DNA from: Octopus bimaculoides
Lineage: Eukaryota
Assembly (NCBI RefSeq): GCF_001194135.2
Contig: NC_068982.1
Span: forward strand, 52,006,283-52,070,282
Length of the DNA: 64,000 nt
Reading direction: 5' to 3'
A program made the position numbers and the translations under genes. The notes beneath the pieces are model-generated. The model was not told the origin of the DNA, searched no databases, and saw only the letters and a list, made by a program, of their open reading frames with translations. Below are positions 1 through 13,489 of the stretch, one piece after another. Position 1 is the stretch's first letter. The number at the start of each line of letters is the position of its first letter.

Positions 1-361
1 AAAAAAAAAAAAAAAAAAAAATTAAATAAATAAATAAATAATAAAAATATATATATATATAAATAAAACATAAAAGATAAAAAATAGTATATATATAAAA
101 TTAAAATTATTCATATATACATATTTACAGACATTCACACACATATACACACCCATACATATATATATATATACAGACATAATATCTCTTAGATTAACAT
201 GTTGGAATACTGACTATAGAATAATGGTGGCCAGACAATGATTTGTGAATCACATGTAGCTCTTGAAAGTACAATGTGAAGCTTTTAAGATATTTCATTG
301 CTATTTTTCTAAAACCGCTTTTATATCCTACCAATCAAATTTTGAAATACAAACATACCTT

Positions 362-790
362 TACTCATCATCGCTTAGCGTCTGCTTTCCATGCTGGCAT
401 TGGTTGGATGGTTTGACTGAGGACTGGCAAGCCAGAAGGCTGTACCAGGCTCCAATCTGATGAGGCAAAATTTCTATAGCTGGATGCCATTCCTAATGCC
501 AACCACTCCGAGAGTGTAGTGGGTGCTTTTTATGTGTCACCGGCACGAGGGGCAGTTAAGTGGTACTGGCATTGACCACGCTTGAATGGTGTTTTTTTAT
601 GTGCCACTGGCAAGGGAGCCAGTCATGCAGCACTGGCAACAACCACGCTTGAATGGTGCTTTTTATTACATACCACCAGCACAGAAGCCAGTCAGGCGGT
701 ACTAGCAACAACCCATGCTTGAATGGTGCTTTTTACATGCCACCAGCATGGGAGCCAATCAGGCGGCACTGGCAACGACCTGATAATGAT
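362..790 (-). repeat. RTE-family 3' UTR copy with four tandem ~67-bp internal modules
   Basis: (CAT)n start, TTTCCATGCTGGCAT-GGTTGGA core; module starts at 551, 618, 687, 754. Confidence 0.85.
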
Positions 791-1750
791 GACCTCTCCT
801 AACATTGGTAAGTCATCCTAAGTTTATGTGACTTGACTTGCAAAACGACATAACATGAAAAAACATTTAAAAAATTTATTAGCTTATATTTGTTTTAATA
901 AATGGTTTGTACATATTTTCTCATTTATTTGATTGGATTTTCCACTTCAGTATTAGCTTTTATGTAATTCAAAAAAAAAAAATTATGTTTTTAAATATAT
1001 TTACTGAGACCCATGTAAAGTCAGTTTAATTGATCGAGGTTGAAGTTTATTTTTTTCCTCATTAATTTCTTTAAAAAAAAAACCCTACATAAAGTAAAAA
1101 AAGGCATAACTTGAAACAACTCCAAGTTCAGGTATACCTGTATTAATTGCAAAACTGAAGACTCAATAAAAGCCTTCAACAAGCAGAGATTAAATAATCT
1201 ACTTTAGTGAATAAAACTATTTTATAAATATATATTGCAGCTCTTGAGCATAAATAATATCATGCATGACTATTCTTATCAAATAGCTTAGCCATCCCTA
1301 CAATCTAATAGTTAGTTGAAACATTACTGATAGAGCAATTGTACTGTACTCCTGGATAAGGCATAGACAGCACTGTATTCTGCCTAGTTAGCAAACAAGT
1401 TCCACTCCTACTTCACAAGTGAGTTGTTAAAGGTAGGACGAGAATACAATTATGAAAGTAACTGCTTTGATACTATATAATTCAAATTTGAAAAAAGTTC
1501 ATACTAGGATTCAAAATGGAAACAGAAATGTGTGTACACTTGTGTATAATGAGAGTGGTTGCAAGTTCAAACTCATTGTATGGAAAATTGGGCGTCTTTT
1601 ATCACCACAGCCTTGAGTCAACCTGAGCCTTGTAAATGAAAATGGGTAAATAGAAATTATGTGGAAGCCTGCTGTGTGGAATGTACTTGTAATTTCAAGG
1701 ATGAAAATTTGTTATATACTATGTCACTCTGATTCTGCATGAAGACTACT

Positions 1751-1969
1751 TTAACCCTTTAGTATTCAAACTGGCTATATCTGGCCAAAATATTCTACCT
1801 GTTTTAAGTTCAAACTGGCCAGATCCAGCTTCTCACACATACCCATCAATGTCATTCTAAACATAAACAATCACATCATCAAAATCTCAAGGCTGCAAGA
1901 TAATGCATGATTAATTCAAAATAAATAAGCTTTATATTTGACAGAGTAATCTGAATGCTAAAAGGTTAA
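1751..1969. mobile_element. TTAA-flanked non-autonomous DNA element (piggyBac-like MITE); related copies at about 2075-2290, 11950-12212, 16812-17494, 18400-18618
   Basis: TTAA-CCCTTTAG...CTAAAAGG-TTAA termini. Confidence 0.7.
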
Positions 1970-4055
1970 GAGTACATGTCTTAGGAATACTCAGTCATTT
2001 ACTAATCATTGAAGCTGATGGAGAGCTAGAAACTTACTTGATGAAAAATAAAAATGAACCTTGAGTAAACTAAAGTAACCTTTTAACATTCAGATTTCTC
2101 TGTCAAATGTAAGATCTATTTATTCACATTGATAAAAATTAGTCAGCCATGCATTACCTTGTAGCTTTGAGATTTCAAAGACATGATTGTTTATTTGTAG
2201 GATAATGCTGTGGAGTAAGTGTGAGAAGCCAGATGTAGCTAGTCTGAAGATAAAACAAGTGGATTATTCTGGCTGGATAAACTATAGGTTAAACTATAGA
2301 GAATAAAAATAAACTGGAATAATCTGAAAAGAACGGATTTCAGAAAATAATACAGCACCATACTTAAAAACTAGTACTTAAAAATTTTATTTGCTTGGTT
2401 ATTTACTAACCAAATATTTGTTGCACATTATCTTAATGCCAAGGAGGAGGAGATTTATACTGGTTTAACTTCTCTAAAGTCAATAGCCGTAATGCTCTAT
2501 TGATTACAACCTATTTGTATTACATCACAGACCTAACAAACACTGAAATCAGCGAGTTGAAAGTCCTAGCCGCTTCATAGTCTAATGATCAATAAAAATA
2601 CAAAATAAACAACTTTCAGGTAAACTTTCATACAATGTACCATTTACTAAAAGTTTTAAATTGCTCTGTGATGCAGCAATTTTCTTTCAATGCCTGCATC
2701 AAGATAGATGAGCTGGGTGTTGCTTTTATAAAATGATGACAACCAAGACAAAAATGTGATAAGCGAAACATTGAGTGAACTAATGAGTGAAAAAGTATTA
2801 CACTAATATTTTTTGTTTCAGTTTTCATCTTGTTTTGTTTTAGAAACACCTGGCTTTTATTTCATGCTTAATGAAATGCTACCTGTTTAAATGAAATATG
2901 AGAATTGCTAGTTAGACTAAAATAACTGTATCTCATCTACAGCAATGACATAATAGAAAAGCAAACTCATGAGGAAATTTCTATGTGGTTAATTGACATT
3001 AGGAATAGTTGCTAAATTTTCTATAAATCTCATCCTACTGTCTTAAAAAAGGAAGGACACAATAAATAAAATGTATTCTCACATAAACGTGGATGTTCTG
3101 TTAGAACAAACTATACTGCAATAGATACCATGAGAGAAACCCTCATATTGGCTTTTGGCACAGAAAGCTCGTTTATATCGTTGGTGGGGAAATAAATCCC
3201 TGCCACCTCCAGCACTGAAACCACCAAATCACATGATTTTGACCTTCCATGGTCTTGTCAATGATGAACACACAAACGCTAGAGAAAGCAGCAACTTATC
3301 TTCCCACTAGAATTATATAGAAAAACAGTGCCAGAACAGGGGCTGGTGGTGCGATTAACCAGTGAGCTTCTTACAAAATATATATTAGCGACAGGAGCAG
3401 TATTGGTACTGAGAGGTAATTTTTATCCCCACTTAAACATTACCTCTCAGTATTAATACTGCTTCTATTGCTAATATATATTTTTTAACAATAGATAAAG
3501 TAGTTCTAAATACACTCTACCTGGGGAGGGGTTGGAAAATCAAACACAAAAACACAGTGATGGGGGTGTAGCTGAATACTTTTCAACTAATATTTTCTTA
3601 ATAAGAACTAACTTAAACAACAACATAATACAAGCTTTGTGGTTTTTAGTGCAGCACCACAACATCCAGATCCATACCTATAACACTACAACTACTGTAC
3701 TCAATAAAGAAACATAGCTGATATCTCTTCACTCTTTACTAATGCTAGAGTTTATAATATCTGTTGAGCTTTCAGAGTGATCACATGTCTGCAAAATAGC
3801 CAATACCACCTCTCAAGGACTAGACACTCCTTTCAAAGTCCTAAGCTCTGAATAGTTTCTAATTCTCTTCAAGACACTAATAGCATTCAAATGTTGCACA
3901 CATGTCTGGAACAGAAGAGTTGCTAAACACAAACATTCTAAACAACAATCAAAGCAATCTCCAACTGCTAAGTACATCATCACTCACTAACACACAACAC
4001 AACTACTGCTCCCTAAATGTAATGCATTTCTCCTCTTTTTCTTTTATTACTTGAT

Positions 4056-4234
4056 TCAGTTAGCCTTCCTTCTTAGACTCTTAATTCTCCTGTGCAGCAC
4101 TCTTTTAGAACTCCTCCTCTGCCTGTGTTTGCCATTTAACTCTTTTGTGACCATATTGTATGCAAGAGTAGCTGTGTGGTAAGAAGGATGGTCATGAGTG
4201 GAATGCTTTTGATCACAAATTTGCTCACTTGGAG
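4056..4234 (-). CDS. ZCCHC4: ZCCHC4 probable terminal exon 11 ([19 protein letters not shown]...[24 protein letters not shown])
   Basis: acceptor tttaatcatttag|CT is phase-compatible with exon 10; open frame to TGA at 4058-4056; basic tail like human ZCCHC4; weak sequence similarity. Confidence 0.7.
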
Positions 4235-7200
4235 CTAAATGATTAAACCACAGTAAAAACATTGAACAAGAATTTTAAAAAAACATGAAAATGAACCGTC
4301 AAAAAATGCAAAAATAAATTCTCAGATTTGAATAACATTTAATCATAAATTAATATTTAAGGTTTTAGTTTTTTTTTTTTTTACAGTTGGTAGCTTCATT
4401 TGAAATTTTCTGTTTTCTGAAATTATGAAAGAAAAAATAAAATTAATTTCTTAAAAATGTAGTAAAAAAAAAAATATATATATAAAGCATCTATCTTTAT
4501 TTCCCTTCCAGCTACTCTCATCCAAGTGAGGAAGCTATGTATCTCCTCTATAGCAAGGCACCTGTGAGATTATAATACTATAATCTCGAACACTTTGCAT
4601 AAATCCACTCCCCTCTCTCAAATCAAGAGGGCATCATCCTTTTCTTTCCTTTATTTTCTCTTGCAAGTTACTTGGCAACCCCACTAGTGTGGGTGTCATG
4701 AAAGAAGCACCCGACACACACTGTAAAGTGGTTGGCATTAGGATAGGCATCCAGTTGTAGAAACCATGCCAAAGCTGACATTGGGACCTGACACAGCTCT
4801 GTAGCTCACTGGACCTTGTAAAACTGTTCAACCCATACCAATAAAGAAAACAGACATCATGATGATATTCAGACAGTATGGAAATTGAGTAGTCACATGA
4901 AACACTGAATTTTGGATCAGAAACTGTGTCTCCTTCATGGGTTAGAGTAAAGAAAACATGTGTGTGATAAAGAATAATTAAAACCTGTGGCACAGAAGTA
5001 GGAATTCAAATGTTTGGAAGTAACTACAAAATTATTATTGTTTATTACTTAGCCTTATTTCATCATCATTTAGTGTCTGCATTCCATGCTGGCATGGGTT
5101 AGATGGTTTGATTGAAACTGGTAAGCTGGAGAGCTGCACCAGGTTCCAATTTGATTTGGCATGGTTTCTATGGCTGGATGCCCTTCCTAACATCAACCAT
5201 TCCAAGAGTGTAATCGGTGCTTTTTCTGTGCCAGTTATGTGACACCGGCATCAGCTACAACTATGATTTCACTTGGCTTGATGAGTCTTCTCAAGCACAG
5301 CATATAGCCAAAAGCCTCAGTCACTTATCACCTCCATGAGGCCCAATGTTCAAAGTGTGCTTTTTACGTGCCTGTTACATGACACCAGCATCAGCCATGA
5401 TTACAGTTTCACTTGGCTTGACAGGTCTTTTCAAGCAAAGCATATTGCTAAAGGTTTCAGTCATTCATCATTGCCTCTGTGAGGCCCAACATTTGAAGAT
5501 CATGTTTCACCACTTCATCCCATATCTTCCTTGGTGTACCTCTTTTGACAGGTTCCCTCCAGAGTTAGAGATCGGCACTTTTTTACACAGCTGTCCTCGT
5601 ATTTATTATCATTAATTATTATCAATACACTAAGACAATCAAATGATATGATAGGGATCCTTACATGCAATAACACAGATCAGTTATCTGATCATTATCC
5701 TCATATTTTCATGAAGTGAAAGACAGCTGATTCTGGTATAAATTTAAACTCAAAAATCTAAGTGATAGGGTTAGGGTTAGGGTTAGTCAAAGCAAAAGGT
5801 ATTACAAATAAACACTCATTTATTTACAAACGACATATTAGGTCTGATATCATCATCATCATCATCATCGTTTAACATCCGCATTCCATGCTAGCATGGG
5901 TTGGATGATTTGACTGAGGACTGGTGAAACCAGATGGCTACACCAGGCTCCAATCTGATTTGGCAGAGTTTCTACAGCTGGATGCCCTTCCTAACACCAA
6001 CCACTCCAAGAGTGTAGTGGGTGCTTTTACGTGCCACCGGCACGAAGGCCAGTCAAGTGGTACTGGCAACGGCCACGCTCAAAATGGTGTATTTTATGTG
6101 CCACCCGCACAAGAGCCAGTCCAGGGGCACTGGCAACGATCTCGCTCGAAAGTCCTTACACATGCCGCAGGCACAAGTGCCAGAAAGGCGACGCTGGGCA
6201 CAGGTGCCATCACGATTTCGCTTGCCTCAATAGGTCTTCGCAAGCTGAGTTTCGTGTCCAATGAAAGAGACGATGTTGGCATGGGTGCCAGTCGTTGAAT
6301 TTAGTACGATTACGATTTCACTTGCCTCAACAGGTCTTCGTAAGCGGAGTTTAGTGTCCAATGAAATCTATACTGATTTTATCTGGGCATCAACTACAGA
6401 CTATATAAAACTGCGCTTTGTACCAAGAAACAATTTATACATGTCATATAAATAGATTAATTACACAGCAAAAATGTGTTGCTGAGATACCAGATACTCA
6501 AAATCTAATAATCCAAACTCATGGCTGTAGTTTGTTGCATGGCATTAGCACATGTAAATACATGTCTTTATAAAAAAAAAACCCATATACTTAGATAAAT
6601 TACCAACTCTTCTTTCTGAAGGTCTGTAAGGACAATAGACACTTCAACAATTCCTTAGTAATTTCTAACATTGTTATAAGGTCTTAAATTTTGCAGGAAG
6701 ATATAGTTGATTAAATTAAATCCAGTTGTGTGCTGGGGCTGATAGAATAAGTTCCAGTTGTGCACTGGGGTCAATGTAATTGAATTATCCTGCCCCCAGA
6801 TTTGCTGACCTTGAGCCAAAATTTGAAACCAATGTACATAAAATGAATTACCTTTTATTTAATATATTACTTTGGTTTTGAGGACATACTTTCCTTTTGT
6901 GAGTTAAATCTCCACAGATATGACATCCAGCTTAAAAAAATAAAATAAGAAAATTTGTGACAAAATTAATCTAAAATATACCTTTTTTCCTAATCTCATT
7001 TGCATATTTTACAATAGAAAATATTCCAGATTTAAATATCTTGCAGCACTTACTTACATGAAGACACTCAAATGTTCTAAAAGTTTAAGTTTCAGAAAAA
7101 GATAATTTTTCTCTTTATTTTGCTGTCAAATAATTTTTCTTTAAAGATTGAGCTAGAAGCTAGCAAAGAAGGCATCTGTGATTTCCAGATAAAAAAAAAA

Positions 7201-10200
7201 TGCAGAATAGCAATAATTTATATTTGAAGAAATTGATAAATTGATGTACAATTTTCAAAATAGTACACCACCACTATCATCGTCATTTTAATTCCACTTT
7301 TCTGTGCTTGCATGGATCAGGTGGAATTTGTTGAGACAATTGTTTTTATAATTTCCTCATGGCAGGACATATCTTCATGGAAAATTAACATCACTTCCAT
7401 GACTAATATTCATTTACAACTATCATGTGATGTCGAGACATAAACACACATGTGCATGAGCATGCACACATACATGCATATATCTATGATGGGTAGAAGC
7501 ATGACTGAATAGGTAAGAAGTTCACTTCCAAACCACATGGTTGAGTTTAGTTCCACCACATACCACCATGAGCAAATTGGTAGATGGAAACTGAAAGAAG
7601 CCCATTATGTAAATGTATATGGGTATGACATTAAACTGCATCCATTGTTGAGACATCAGTTTGGGAGTTCTGGAGTTGTGAGGAGCATGGTAGTATCTGT
7701 CAGGGTCCTCTCTATGGTTTAAATAGATTTCTCATGAATAGAGAAAGCTCTCGTTATTTTTGACAAGGCCGTTGGGAAGGCAGCTTTTCTAGTAGACAGA
7801 TACTCTGACATAAAACTTGAAGTCACAATAGTACCGAGCCATCTTACAATGCTTATCACTGGAACCTATTATGGCAACTGAGTGAGTGGCAAAAATGTTG
7901 TACAAGCTTTTGTTACTTAGATCCAATGCTGTACAGATGTAGTGTTATATGAATGAAGGCAGAATAGTGGCAGAAGATAGAGGCGCAATGGCTCAGTGGT
8001 TAGGGCAGCGGACTCGCGGTCATAAGATCGCAGTTCAACTCCCAGACCAGGCGTTGTGAGTGTTTATTGATCGAAACCACCTAAAGCTCCACAAGGCTCC
8101 AGCAGGGGATGGTGGCGAACCCTGCTGTACTCTTTCACCACAACTTTCTCTCACTCTTTCTTCTTGTTTCTGTTGTGCCTGTAATTCAAAGGGTCACACT
8201 GTGTCATGCTGAATATCCCTGAGAACTACGTTAAGGGTACATGTGTCTGTGGAGTGCTCAGCCACTTGCACGTTAATTTCACGAGCAGGCTGTTCCGTTG
8301 ATCAGATCAACTGGAACCCTTGATGTTGTAAGCGACGGAGTGCCAACAACAATAACAGTGGCAGAAGATGAAGAAGATGGATGGAACTAGGTAAAACTAA
8401 TCCCTTTTGTTTCAAAACTGTAATATCTTTTTAAATTGAAGAATAATCTAAGAGAAAACAATTTAATTCTACTTATATACAATGCAACAATTCTAAATGA
8501 AAGGCTGTTTAAGAAAGAATTTTTAAAGAATAATAGTTATAGTTAAATAACTTTCTTTTTTTTAGTTCTGTACTTACATTTCATAGATTTCACATTACAC
8601 TGATGTCCATTAGTTTGACAAATTTGGCAAATATCACAGTGAATTCTGTTTGGTTTTACACATCTTGCACATTTATCACAGTGGACATATGTCTTGCCAC
8701 CCTAAAAAATAACAGAAAAACTATAAACAATGAATTTTGAAGGTATTTTTAAATTCATTTAAAAATTTTGTTTACAAGTAGAGATTTTTACTATTAAGTC
8801 TGTGTTCAATCTATAAAAACAGGCAATAAAGCCTGGTGTGGTCCATGGCCTTACCAGCTCTGGTCAAACCATTCAACCTATGCCAACATGGAAAACAGAC
8901 ATTAAATGATGATGATAATGATATGTGTACGAGTGTGTACATATTATTGATTCCAGATTTCAGGCAGTGGCATTCTGTTTATATATGTATATATGATTAG
9001 TTGATTTTAATTAGTTCATTAAAAATATGAAAATATAAAGCAAAAATTTACTTTTGAAGTACAACTGTCACATTTATTGCAGTGTTTGTTTTCAGGAGAT
9101 GAATAACAGCAACATATATCACAATACCTATTAAAATAAAAGTTTAAGAATGAAAAAAATAGAATTAGTTTCATTTCAGTTATAATGCCTCATGTAGTGT
9201 CTAGTGGATTTTCAGACAACATCTCACATACAATTAAATAAGTTAAAATAAAACAAAATGAGAAAATATAAAGAAGCAATTAAACTTTATGGGAAATTTG
9301 GGTTTATTTCCCACTCACAGCTTCAAAATGAGAAGAACCAGTGATTATCTTGATAAATGTGCTGTTGGTTAGAGATTTGCTTCATCAGAGCTGATTTGAG
9401 ATCAACAGTAACAACAACCAAAACAAAATAGATGAATGAAAACGAGTGAATGAGGGATCCTCTCTGTATTGCCTAAAGCTACTAGAAATTGTAGCCAAAT
9501 CTCTCTCAAATCATATCCTACTGTTTTCGGAATGGAAGGACATGAACAATATAATGATAGGTATGCAAAATAAATATGATGTTTATGGCTAGAATGCCTT
9601 TTATTATAGGTTTGTTTAATAACTCTAATCTGTGACTAACAACAAGATACGCTTAAATAAATGTAACTCGAGAGAAAATAGTAAAACTCACATTAAACAA
9701 AAGTGCACAGATGAAATGAATTACCAACCAGCTCATGGATCATAAATTCAAACCTGTTATTGGCATCCTTATGTTTTTCTGGCTATAACATATTTTTGTG
9801 TATGTATTATAAAGTATGAGATTGATTGATTGAATCATAAAAATCCAGTCAAGGCAATAGATTCAACTTATTGTACCAGTGTATGAGATAAATATTAATT
9901 TTGTTTTACTGAAGAAAGTGGAACAATGGTCTTTTTTTTTTCTTCTTTCTTTTTCTTTTTTTTTTTTTTGGAAGTGTACTCACCAGGCAAGTGATTTGTT
10001 CTAAAATTATTTCAGGAAGGAAGACATATTGGCCATTCAAAAATACACTAAAACTGTTAACTTCACTGAAACATTTATTTGGTGTCATAATCTTCATCAT
10101 ATCAACAGTTATCTGGTCATTCACATAATTCCACTGCATCAGTGATTAGGTTGCAATTGGTATTACAAAAAGTTTGACATCAAATAAAAATTATTCAAGT

Positions 10201-13200
10201 GAAGTTAATGGTTTTTGTGTTTTGAATGACTAAAGTGTGTCTTCCATGTTGTAATCATTCTATTTTTTATTGTGATCTTAAAAAAATCATAATTTTCTTT
10301 CTCCATTATGTAAAATAAGCATGGCAATTGTCAAGTGTTTCTTGGATTATTAGAAGCAACTGGTATCTTTTTCTTTTCCCTAGGACCACGGAAACAGAGT
10401 CAAGAAACTGGTTCAAAAATAGAGCAAAAAGCTCCCAAATTCCCTAAATCATAAGGCAGTATATTTCCAGCATTTGTATCATAGAAAACATTTGGAGAGA
10501 GAGAAAATTATGTTGATGAAAGACAGTTCATATTTTTACATACCAGTAGCCTTCATTTTCAGGTAAATGAATCAAATGACGTTCAATATTGGTAAATATT
10601 CTCACTGTTGACTTCTTATCTGAATGTTCCTCTGTAAACTGACGATGATTGGTATATGAAATCTGTTTTGCATAAAATAATAAAAAAATATATATATGTA
10701 GGTACAGGCATGACCACGTGGTTAAGAATTTTTGCTTTGGAAACAAGTTTAGGCTTTGTTTCTACTGTGTGGACACTGTCAGCTGGCGTTTTCAATTATA
10801 GCTGCAGGTTGAGCAGTACCTTGTGAGTGAAATTTTTGTAAACAGAAACTGTAAGTAGCCAATGCATGCATGCAAGTATGTATGTATATAAATATATGTA
10901 TGTATATGTATACATGTGGATGTGTGTGTGTGTGTGTGTGTGTGCACACATGCACGTGCATGTATGTATGTATGTGTGTGTGTCTGTTTGTGTAATCCTT
11001 TTGCTTTGAAATGTGAGCACTTACTGTAAGTAAAAACCACCATCATACAAAAGGTGTCATTTGTTTACAATCCTCTGCAAAATCATGTCCAGCCATCTAC
11101 CTGTACATTGTTCAAAGGACAATGGGAAATTTTACTATACTTGGAAACAGGTGACAGTTGGTGACAGGAAGGGCATCTGGCTGTAAAAAGATTCTGCTTT
11201 GCCAAGTTTCATTTTCTGTCCACTAAATCTAACCTCAAAGCTCTGGTTAACCCAGGGGTATAGTAGAATAGAAGACACATGCCCAAGGTGCAATGCAGTA
11301 AGATTAAACCCAAAACAATATAGATAACTATACAAGTATAAAATAAATACTGGACAAATAATCAACTAAGAACTCTTAGCAGCAGTGTCCCAGCATGGCC
11401 ACAGTCCAATAATTAAGATCAATAATAGAATTATATATACATTACACAATATATTTTTCTAGAGTTTTCAATTTTGTTTTTAACTATAATAGCAGATAAA
11501 TGAAGCAAAATGCATACAAGGATAGTTAAAGTAAATAATTTACAACTAGTTATAATTCATCATCAGCATCATCATTTAACGTCCACTTTCCATGCTGGCA
11601 TGGGTTGTATGGTTTGACTGAGGACTGGCAAGCTAGGAGGCTGCACCAGGCTCCAATCTGATCTGGCAAGGTTTCTACAGTTGGATGCCCTTCATAATGC
11701 CAACTATTCTAAGTGTGTAGTGGATGCGCCACTGGCACAGGGGCCAGTCAGGTGGCACTGGCATTGACCATGCTTGAATGGTGCTTTTTAGGTGCCACTG
11801 GCATGGGAAGCCAGTCAGGCAGCACTGGCATCAACCACGCTCAAATGGTGCTTTTTACATGCCGCCATCATTATGCAAACTGCTGAACCAAAGAAGCCTC
11901 TATATGATCATTTGATTTGCTAGAAATAACAACCAAATCCCCACTCTGTCAAATGTAATGCTTATTTATTGATGTCGTTTTGAATTAATCATGCATTATT
12001 TCATAGCTTTGAGATTTTAAAGATATGATTGTTTTTTTTCTTTCCCTTTTTTTCCAAATAAACACATGCACTTCGAGATTTTGATGATGTGGTTATTTAT
12101 TTGTAGACTGACATTGTAGGGTAGGCGTAAGAGATCGGATCTGGCCAATTATAATATGAAACAGTTGGAATATTTGAGTCAGATATGGCTGGTTTAAATG
12201 CTGAAGGGTTAAAGCATTCAATGACACAATGTTGGTGCTAAGGTTTACCACCCACTATTGGGTGGTGCATTAGCAGTACAATTAAGTAAATTGGTTAGTT
12301 AGCTTAAATGCTTATAGGAGTCTTTACTCCATTCTAAGGCAGTCACAAAAACAAACTTCAGTAAATTAATAGCTATTTAAAGGTATGGAAAAAAAAAAAC
12401 TAGTGCAGCTGACCTTAAGAATGCTGGTTTCTTTATATAAGATCATACAAAACTGAGATGATTGGTGATGTGCTATACTGGAAAAGTAGAAAACATAAGC
12501 CAGCATGGAAAAGATGTTGAGCGGCTGTGTGGTAAGTAGCTTGCTAACGAACCACATAGTTCCGGGTTCAGTCCCACTGCGTGGCACCTTGGGCAAGTGT
12601 CTTCAACTATAGCCTCGGGCCGACCAAAGCCATGTGAGTGGATTTGGTAGACGGAAACTGAAAGAAGATATATATCATATATATATATGTGTGTGTGTGT
12701 ATATGTTTGTGTGTCTGTGTTTGTCCCCCCCAACATCACTTGACAACCGATGCTGGTGTGTTTACATCCCCGTAACTTAGCGGTTCGGCAAAAGAGACCA
12801 ATAGAATAAGTACTAGGCTTACAAAGAATAAGTCCTGGGGTCGATTTGCTCGACTAAAGGCAGTGCTCCAGCATGGCCACAGTCAAATAACTGAAACAGG
12901 TAAAAGTGTAAAAGTGTATATGATGATGATGATGATACTTTTTACTTTGTAATTAAAATTATGACGATGATACTTTACCTTATAATCAAGCATAAAGAAC
13001 CCTGTGAAGGAATCTTGAACTCTCTTTTCCATAAAATATGGTAGAATTATTAGTGCTGGTAATACACTTTCAGATGTTTCTAAAGGATGAAATATAAAAA
13101 AAAAAGGCTTTGAATTTAATAATAACAATAACTGAATTTGTCCTTTTTTTCGTGGAAAATAAAATATGGTAATGGGGAGATTGAATATTAGTTTATTAAT

Positions 13201-13401
13201 GAAAATGCTTTTAGATTAATAATTCATATAATGTACAGGTGTAGTTGTGTGGTAAGAAGTTTGCTTCTCAACCAAATGGTGTTTGAGGTCAGTCCCACTG
13301 TATGGCACCTTGAGCAAGTGTCTAGTCTGGGGCTAACCAAAGCTTTGTGAATGGATTTGGAGTGTGAAAGAAGCCCATCATGTATGTGGGTGGTGATGAT
13401 G

Positions 13402-13489
<88 letters not shown>

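Noticed and set aside
551-790. Regularly spaced ~67-bp repeats resembling a CRISPR array
   Set aside because: Units are contiguous tandem copies with no unique spacers, sit inside a LINE 3' UTR in a eukaryotic intron-rich locus, and there are no cas genes.
2628-2849. Minus-strand 73-aa ORF with CLGCHH as a possible extra ZCCHC4 zinc-finger exon
   Set aside because: It lies downstream of the in-frame stop at 4056, has no convincing acceptor, and does not fit a CCHC spacing.
5924-6455. Recurrent ORFs starting [22 protein letters not shown] (also 16969, 21425-21826, 57510-58151) as a multi-copy gene family
   Set aside because: They read the antisense strand of the RTE 3' UTR repeat.
7982-8053. 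tRNA gene
   Set aside because: A-box and degenerate B-box are present, but there is no closed acceptor stem or oligo-T terminator, and it continues into a SINE body with a (CAA)n tail.
10384-10447. Plus-strand exon-like stretch reading [20 protein letters not shown], reminiscent of homeodomain helix 3 (NWFKNR)
   Set aside because: Only 6 matching residues, lacks the conserved second Arg, stops after 20 codons, and no helix 1/2 exon was found; antisense in a ZCCHC4 intron. Probably chance.
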